DNA from: Isurus oxyrinchus
Taxonomy: Eukaryota
Direction: 5' to 3'
Length of the DNA stretch: 64,000 nt
NCBI GenBank assembly: GCA_026770705.1
Contig: JANJGN010000033.1
Location: 14,756,001 to 14,820,000, forward strand
The translations under genes and the position numbers were made by a program. Within the stretch, counting starts at the first letter, position 1. Every line of letters starts with the position of its first letter. This document shows, piece after piece, positions 62,691-64,000 of the stretch. The notes under the pieces are model-generated. The model was not told the DNA's origin, did no database searches, and worked only from the letters and a program-made list of their open reading frames with translations.

Positions 62691-64000
62691 TTATTGTCCA
62701 CACTGACTATCTCCAATTTTATGAGTAGAGAACTGCCCTCAGGACCCTTCCCTCAGAACTGAAACTCGCCTTCCGATTTACTGAACTAGGTTAAGGCGTC
62801 CTGGCTCAAAACGTCTGTTGTTAAACACACACCCAGATTCCTGAATACATTGCAAAATTCCTCCGCACCTGAACGCCCCCTTGCGATCCTCTGAGATTAC
62901 TAATAGACTCTTCGCCGTCGTCTTGTCAGTCAGGACACAGCTTCAGAAACCTTTCTGATTTTTGTTGGAGCCTCTTGAGAACAGTCACTCTCTCCTTATA
63001 ATCTACACTAAATAGGAAAACTCCTCTGTGCTCCTCCACAAACATGTAATTCGCAGAACCGTCTCTTTCAGTTATTATACTCCACTGACGCCCATTATGT
63101 GACTGAACACTCCAGAGGAGCAATAGAGATGCAGAAATGTTCGTAAGCGGCAAAAATCTCCCAGATAATAATGTAAATGCGAACAAATGACAACTAGCGT
63201 GATGCATGCTCCAGGAGTGCATTAGTGATCATGTACTGCTCTTCTGCTGCTACGAGACATGAGAACAAGGGTCTGCCTGCGCTATCTGATGGACTAAACA
63301 AATCCATGACATTACATAATGAGCAAGAACAGGAAGTTCATTTCTTTCCCTGCTCAATACTTATTCTTCAAACAATATCACTGAAAACTTTGTCTGATAA
63401 TTATGACTTTGCCTTTGTGAGACTTTGTTCTGCTTCATTTAGCTCATGCATTTCATACATTAAGACATTCCAAAGCTACTTCAGCATCGGAAAGGCGTCT
63501 TTTGGATGTCTTCAGATCTGTTTCCAGCGCAACTACAAAGGATATAAATATAAGACTTTCCTTTTTGTTTGTTTTTTTTTCTGTACGTGTTCAGTGGCTC
63601 TTGGACAGGATGTGAATATTGAATCGGTATTCACATCACTTCACTATGGCAACATGCTCCCGATTAACTGATTAGCTGCCAATCAACTGATTATATTGGT
63701 CCAAACCCCGGTATAGCACAGGAACCTCTGTCAAACACAAACATACGTTTTTCTTCTTGGCAGCCTGGTGGCAATACTACTGGAATAGTAACCCATGGTC
63801 TAGGGCTAATAATCCAGAAACAGCTCTCTGACAGAAGGATGTTTGGAGGTTCCTGCAATCACTATTCTTAGCTGTGGACTGTAACATGTAAAGTAAAAGG
63901 GCTTACTGCCACACAGCATTTCGGGCACCTTTGGTTTCTTTTTCACTCAGTGGCTTGGACCAAATTGGTGCTACAACAGAGTTCTAACACCATTCCAGAC

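Larger units (their letters stand above)
52160..64000 (+). repeat. Segmental duplication copy of ~10170-20650 (gene B/D unit with shared repeats)
   Basis: Colinear similarity with an offset of about 42 kb through the CR1, SINE, 3' flank, both exons, intron and upstream region. It runs to the window end. Confidence 0.92.

Overview
This is AT-rich, repeat-dense vertebrate DNA. The repeat repertoire (CR1 and L2 LINEs, Deu-type SINEs, Penelope-derived inverted repeats) and the receptor family point to a cartilaginous fish (inference). The window holds a cluster of four two-exon class A GPCR loci of the GPR139/GPR142-like type, arranged as a tandemly duplicated convergent pair: A(+) B(-) then C(+) D(-). 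B (exons 17766-17916 and 13946-14856) and D (exons 59876-60026 and 55973-56883) splice into intact 353-aa 7TM receptors. A (1938-5740) is a pseudogene with frameshifts and a TM6 deletion. C (28047-33830) has a frameshifted exon 1 and has lost exon 2 right at the acceptor. The rest is mostly decayed transposons: a near-full-length nested CR1, a Copia-type LTR relic, SINEs, a young tRNA-Thr-like element and several hammerhead-ribozyme-like Penelope relics. The leading hypothesis is a birth-and-death family of GPR139-related receptors with homeodomain and O/E-like promoter motifs, possibly an unrecognised chemosensory receptor family. All alignments were done by eye, and repeat boundaries are approximate.
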